Source of the DNA: Phoronis australis
Lineage: Eukaryota > Animalia > Phoronida
Direction: 5' to 3'
DNA: 64,000 bases
Assembly: GCA_002633005.1 (NCBI GenBank)
Contig: NMRA01000100.1
Coordinates: 359,966-423,965, forward strand
Shown here: positions 58,444 through 64,000 of the stretch, one piece after another
Position numbering within the stretch: position 1 is the stretch's first letter
How the letters are laid out: each line of letters begins with the position of its first letter
The notes under the pieces: model-generated
What the model saw: the letters and a program-made list of their open reading frames with translations, nothing else
Told to the model about the DNA's origin: nothing
Databases searched by the model: none
Program-made: the position numbers and the translations under genes

Positions 58444-61400
58444 GTCCTTCATGTATTTCTAGAGGTTTGCCCTTTTCCGCAAACGATTACTTAGTACATC
58501 CCACCAAACATCAGTGAAAATTTGCCAACGTTATGATAGCAGGAAAGGTGTAAAATGCTGTTTAAATCACCAGTTTGAAGCCACCCGTCCGCGTTACATA
58601 GGTTGTGTAGGTGGCGCTGAACGCCTGTCCACCAAAGACGTGATCGCCATCTGGTGGGTTTGTGAATTTCAATATGGCGTGACTATTTTGAAAGTCGGCT
58701 ATTGTTGGGTAATAGGTGGCAAATCAATGGTTTTTGGAGCCATGGTTGAATTCGCCTCTCCCAATTTAATTAAAAGATAGTACCTGCTGGGTTCGTTGGG
58801 CAGCTTAGGTTTCGTGATGTAAGGCTACGAATGGCATTTGTTCATTTTCAGTCTGTCCTGAGTGAACAATTATCACTTGTTGACCCATTCACCCACTTTT
58901 TAATCAGCCATTTCTCTTCTTAAACCTTTACTGCAGGAATATGAAACTGTTAAAGATAATTATTCACCAACTTAAACGCACTCTGGGCTCGCGCTAGCCC
59001 CTTGCCATTGGCAAGTTCTGAGCAGCATTGGCAATGACAGAGCTAAGTCCGTTTGCCAACATGGCGAATGCTTTCGCAACTTGACCATGAAAATTAATCA
59101 CAGTCAACTGGAATCAAGTCACGCCGCAAACATCATTCTTACTTGGATTCCGAGTTCTAAAAATAGAGAGCGAATGTTCCATTTTATGTCCGTCACTCCC
59201 CTGAAATCCCTCTTTTACAACACCGGAATGTTCAACTATGTAGGGGGGTCAGTGGTCTTGGTACAGTGTAATGGCAATTTCTCACTTCATAGCGAGATCT
59301 CGAGTAGGTTCTGCGGCTTGTCATTGGCAAGTGATAACATCAATGACGACTAGAAGACTATTTCAGCGAAGAACGAGACCAAGTCTGTCAACAACCTTTT
59401 ACACTGGCGACGTGGTGCGAGCCGGTCACACGGCATAAATATCCAGGGGATAAAACTGGACTGAGTAGAGCTGTCTCAAACATGCAATTTGAACTCAAGG
59501 TGTAAAATCATTATTTTCAAATTCTGTGAATCTCTCCTAATTCATACCCAACTTTACCAATTTTCAGCGCATAATTTGTCATGTCAAATATTGTTTGAGA
59601 CTTGACATTGACAGGTTTTCTTTTCAAGGAGTAAAAGGTACGGATGCCACCGAGAAGAACAAGTGTCTTATCTTTTTTTTTTGAAATCAAAATACGTCAT
59701 ATGTCACACCTAGTCAGTTCGCTAAATGTCACGAGAGTAAGAAGTTATTGAGAGAGTGGGACGTGTTTGAATTTTGACGGCGGCCGAAAGATTTAGCAGG
59801 GTACAAAGTAAACGTCAGTTCGTTATTTAATGAGTTTTATATTACCTACTCTGCACGATTTAGCTTTATTTTGCTAGCCACAAGTTATGTTTAACGTTTT
59901 TGGACGCAAATGTCTTGCCAGTATGGCCGGTGTACCCCCGCCGTAACCCGGGAACAGGGGCAACATCATTTAAATGCCCATGTGGCCAGCGTACCAACGT
60001 AGTAACTCGGGTATAGGGGGACACTGCCCAAACTTGTTACGTCATAATAGCGCCCATGCTGGCTGACATCCCCTCCAACTTATTAGGTTGGTATATATGG
60101 CCTTGGAATGTCATTTGTTTTTTTCTTAAGTCAAACGCCTTATCTTATAGTGCATTATGAAAAGGACCCGTGCATAACATAAAAAACAAAAGTTTGGTCC
60201 ATTAACTGTACTTTTGTCAATTGTGGGGGTTAGGAAAAGAGAAAGAATTTGACTAATAATTTTTTAAAATGGCTGACAGTTTTCAGATGCTTTCGCCATT
60301 TTGGCTAAAACCCTTAAAAGTCTAGCACAAGCCTAAGCACTGTATGGTCAAATTCAGTGAAATTTCATTTTCTTAAAATGAATAATGACAAATTTGCAAT
60401 TATCTTTATGCGAAGACCAAGAAACTGGTGAATTACTAAAAAAATCACATATATAAGTCATTCCGCGGCCAGTACCAGAGAATGTAAACACCACAGCACC
60501 ACAATTTACATACATGTAGCTGCCTTCAGACCAACTAAACCTGATTGTAACTATTTCTAAAGCTGTAACTGCTATGTAATAGATACCCTTCACACCCACA
60601 GCTATAACTGTTGTGACCCTAGTTTGTGGCAAGTTGTCAGCGCTATTTCTTTTCGATTCACCCAATGCCTCACTTCGACACTGTTTCCGAGATTTGGTAG
60701 CACAACTACCTACTGTACCGAGTTAAAACTCTGGCAACTGCCATGTTCACACTAAGTTACAACGATTTTAACCTCACACCAAACAACCCTCACAGCGGGT
60801 TAGAACCACGCCACAGTTGCAACCTTTAATACAGGTTTTCAAGTCTTTAGACCAAGAGTTATAACCGTTAAATCAGTTTTAAAAGGTATGACCCCCTTGG
60901 GTATAAGAGGTGTGAGATACAGTGCACAAAGTCAATCTCCCAAAAATAGCTTGGTAATTGAGTTAGTGTGTTCTGCTGACTAGTATCGCTTTCCTATTAG
61001 GAGAACTTTGGTTTACCGAAGCTTCATCGAAATTTCGCTTACAATTCCCACTAGACTGAGTGGCCCACGTGACTTAGTTCATTCGTATTCTCAAATGGAT
61101 TTGAGTAGGGGGTTTGAGGCTAACTGAGAATTGTTCTCCTGCCATTTACGAGTGTTAATGAAGATGATCAGGGTCATTCTTCATCAGATGTGTATTCTTT
61201 TGTTTATTTACATGCGTCTATTGAGAGCATGTCAGCTACGCTACAATAACAAAGAAAACGTTTTGCAAGTCTTGCGTCGTCGTATATCATTGCCGCGACC
61301 TCTACCGATAACTTTGATGCAGCTTCGCCTCATAAAACTAATTATGTATCCTAGCTGATTCAATAGAAGGGGCACAACTTTTTACTCTGAAATTGGAAGG

Positions 61401-61847
61401 GAGCATTTCGACACGTTTTTTTTTTTTAATTCATAATTAGAAAATCATGAAAAACCAAACCCAAACTTGTGACTCACTTGATTTCGGACGCTTTTAATAT
61501 GACCACACACATATGGAAAAGTTGCGTTACAGAGCATTCGAATTTTATTTACACTATTTGCAGTCTTCCTTAATTTTACAATTTCAAGAAATCATTTGGA
61601 AATCGCGTTCTGACATTTCAAAAAGTCCTGTGGCCTTCCATCTCAGTTTCCAGAGCTGTGGTTTACAGAAGTTGTCTCCCCTCTTCATCACAATGGAAAC
61701 TAATTGCCCTGTACAGATAAGTTGAGCGCAGCTCAACAATAGCTTATGGATTTCTGATAAGGTGCCTGTAACTTTACCTTTGAAAATTACCAGCATCACC
61801 CACAGAATGTGAAACCAATTTTTGTTGCATGACATCCCCAGCCATCA

Positions 61848-61923
61848 GCATACACCCATAAAAAGTTACGCATTTCAAAATACAGCTGTATTTTGAAATG
61901 CGTAACTTTTTATGGGTGTATGC
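61848..61923. repeat. Perfect 76-bp palindrome with no spacer
   Basis: gcatacacccataaaaagttacgcatttcaaaatacag|ctgtattttgaaatgcgtaactttttatgggtgtatgc. Confidence 0.97.
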
Positions 61924-62492
61924 ATATATGTAAGCGGTGAGTTATAATGAACACATGCCATGACTCTGGAAACAATTTTATCAACATACTTCGAAAATCT
62001 CCATAAAAATCTGTCGAGGTTCACTCAAGCTTTCCCCGCTAGGTACGATTTTCAGGAAATTATGCGAAATCACACCAATTTATGAACAAGAGACACAAAT
62101 CTCACAAATTCTATCGGATATCTTCCCATGCTACTTTTGCAAGTGCCACGCACTCCACTCAGTCTCGCAGTTGTTGTGGCCTAAATCGCATGAAATACTT
62201 TGCGGCTATCGTGCACCATGAAAACATTAACGGCAACAAAAAAGTGGAGTACGAATTCTTCGCCAAAGTCATTGTAATTCCCATTCACGTGCTTCCTCAA
62301 AGATAGGGAATCAGAAATGATTGCTGAAGAAGGTAAGTGCTTTTTTAAGTGACAATTTTAAGTGCAAAATGTTTTTTGACGTAGTGAAAACCTCTAATTC
62401 AGTGTCTGGATTAGGACTACTGTCCTTTTAAAGTATACGGGATGAAATTAACACAAGAGATCAATGAGGAGTGTTGTAGCCCCTCTCTAGCC

Positions 62493-62875
62493 AGCTAAGA
62501 GACTTCGTATTGCCTGCATGGCAGAGGCACAGCAAGGTAACGACAGTACTACAGTCTCAACTGGTCACAGTAGAGATGGTATTAATTCCATAGGCCCTCC
62601 ATACGCTGGAAACTTTTCAGAGAATTATGCCTCACATTAGACAAGTCATATTGCTATAATAAATACCTACCGCACATAGAGAGACCACTAAATAAGAGGC
62701 CGATGATGCACTTAACTCTTCCAAGTTCAATTAAATAATTCCACAATCAATCTTTTTTCGAACAGTCCTTCGTTAAAATACACAAATCAGCAAGTGAGTT
62801 TTTACACAGCTCGTTCCAAGGGATAAAGGGCTAGTTGAGACAGTGGTACTGTATAATTCAGTCTGTCTCTTAGCT
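62493..62875. mobile_element. Decayed inverted-repeat element
   Basis: agctaagagac/gtctcttagct and acagtactacagtctcaactgg/ctagttgagacagtggtactgt form nested inverted pairs. Confidence 0.45.
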
Positions 62876-62980
62876 TAGTGTCAGGTCATCCAGTAGTGTC
62901 ACGTCTAGGCCTACAGAAAATGACCATCGTCTCTGCTAGTGCAGCCAGCAGAGACAATGGAGCGGTTATTGTTTATAATC

Positions 62981-63600
62981 CGACTCTATTACCGTACATA
63001 CTTGATACTACTATTTTCTGAATCCTCTAGTCATGGTGATTCCAAAAATGTATTACTTGTACTGATTGGTCGATTATTATTCATAATTTCCGAGTTTTTC
63101 CAAGGCGTTCATTTGCAACGCGGATTTAGTAAGGCAGCCATTTTTAAAAGTGCAACACCTGTCGGCAGAATTGATAGTTAACAGTTAACCGCAAGATGTC
63201 AAGTGTTTTCGAGGATGACACTTGTCTGCGAGAACATGCACTCTCGTGTTTTTTCTAAAGAAGTTTTGAAGAGGCAATCCTTTATAAATGACTATTACTG
63301 TTTTTTACTCAAAGTTTACCTAACATGCCACGTGATATCTTCAATATAATAGCCAATTTTGGGGTCTTTTTGACACATGCATGATCGTTGTTGTTATTAT
63401 TCCTGCCAACAGGTGTTGCAGTTTTATAATGGCGGTCACTCGAGATCGGCTGCCGCAAATGAACACCTCGTAAAAACGGTGAATGCATGAATAAGAAGAG
63501 CCTAATCGGTACGAGTAATACATTTTTGGAATCACCATGATCACCCTGGCGAGAGGATTCGGAAAATAATAATATCACGTATGTACGTTAATGGAGTCAG
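62981..63600. mobile_element. Old foldback element with about 190-bp inverted arms
   Basis: 62981-63172 is a diverged reverse complement of 63399-63600 (for example catggtgattccaaaaatgtattact / agtaatacatttttggaatcaccatg). Confidence 0.75.
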
Positions 63601-63691
63601 ATGGCAAATTATGCCTCGCACTGACTAAAGTCACTAAAACACCATTTTTACCACTGCGCCCTGCAGGTGGCTTAACGTATCGTCCGGTTAC

Positions 63692-64000
63692 CTATTGTCG
63701 TCAGGCTCCAAAGGTCGTCCGCCATCTTGTTTCGCGTGCAGCGCAACCACGCGGGACTTAGCGTTCCAATTTGGAGTGCTCGTGTGCACGTTAGGTACTA
63801 ACTTATCGGAAGAGACACGTATCAAAGTAATGAGACAAAAATCGGTGAGTTTACCGATTGTTTTTTAAAACCACTTAAAAATCAGTAGATTTTACTAATA
63901 CACTTTTTTGTGCGTTTTCAGAAGATGTTTTCGAATTTAAATTTTCTTCCGACGGGACACAAAACATGATCCAGGGTTTGTTTATGCAATGTATCTGTTT
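63692..64000. other. Probable 5' end of an unidentified gene / bidirectional promoter
   Basis: Plus strand: 77-nt intron 63845-63921 with GTGAGT donor, TACTAAT branch site, T-tract and CAG. Minus strand: CAAGATGGCG (YY1/Kozak-like) opening MADDLWSLTTI with donor G|GTAACC at 63692. CpG-rich. Product not recognised. Confidence 0.4.

Overview
Eukaryotic, intron-rich, repeat-rich animal genomic DNA. The taxon is not determinable here; gene structures and repeat types suggest an invertebrate, possibly a non-vertebrate deuterostome (inference). Three complete spliced genes were reconstructed by hand with GT-AG junctions and continuous frames: FIS1 (minus, 5 coding exons), eIF4A of the eIF4A1/2 type (plus, 10 coding exons, 416 aa, TCT/TOP-like start) and an RNF13/RNF167-type PA-TM-RING E3 ligase (minus, 10 coding exons, 475 aa). 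The 5' end of a further gene or bidirectional promoter lies at the right edge. Two H/ACA snoRNAs matching SNORA21/ACA21 sit in eIF4A introns 6 and 8. Three single-N junctions (10142, 40775, 48030) separate near-identical duplicated blocks that are most likely uncollapsed haplotypes. Many non-autonomous DNA elements are present (Merlin/MULE-like foldback, Kolobok-, hAT-, Harbinger- and Helentron-like). Most notable: Arg at the eIF4A position equivalent to human F163 (rocaglate/pateamine pocket), Helentron-like elements carrying regularly spaced CTCF-like motifs inside eIF4A introns, a duplicated snoRNA in a different host gene than in human, and a strongly structured segment at the start of eIF4A intron 6. 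Most ORFs in the supplied track are spurious.
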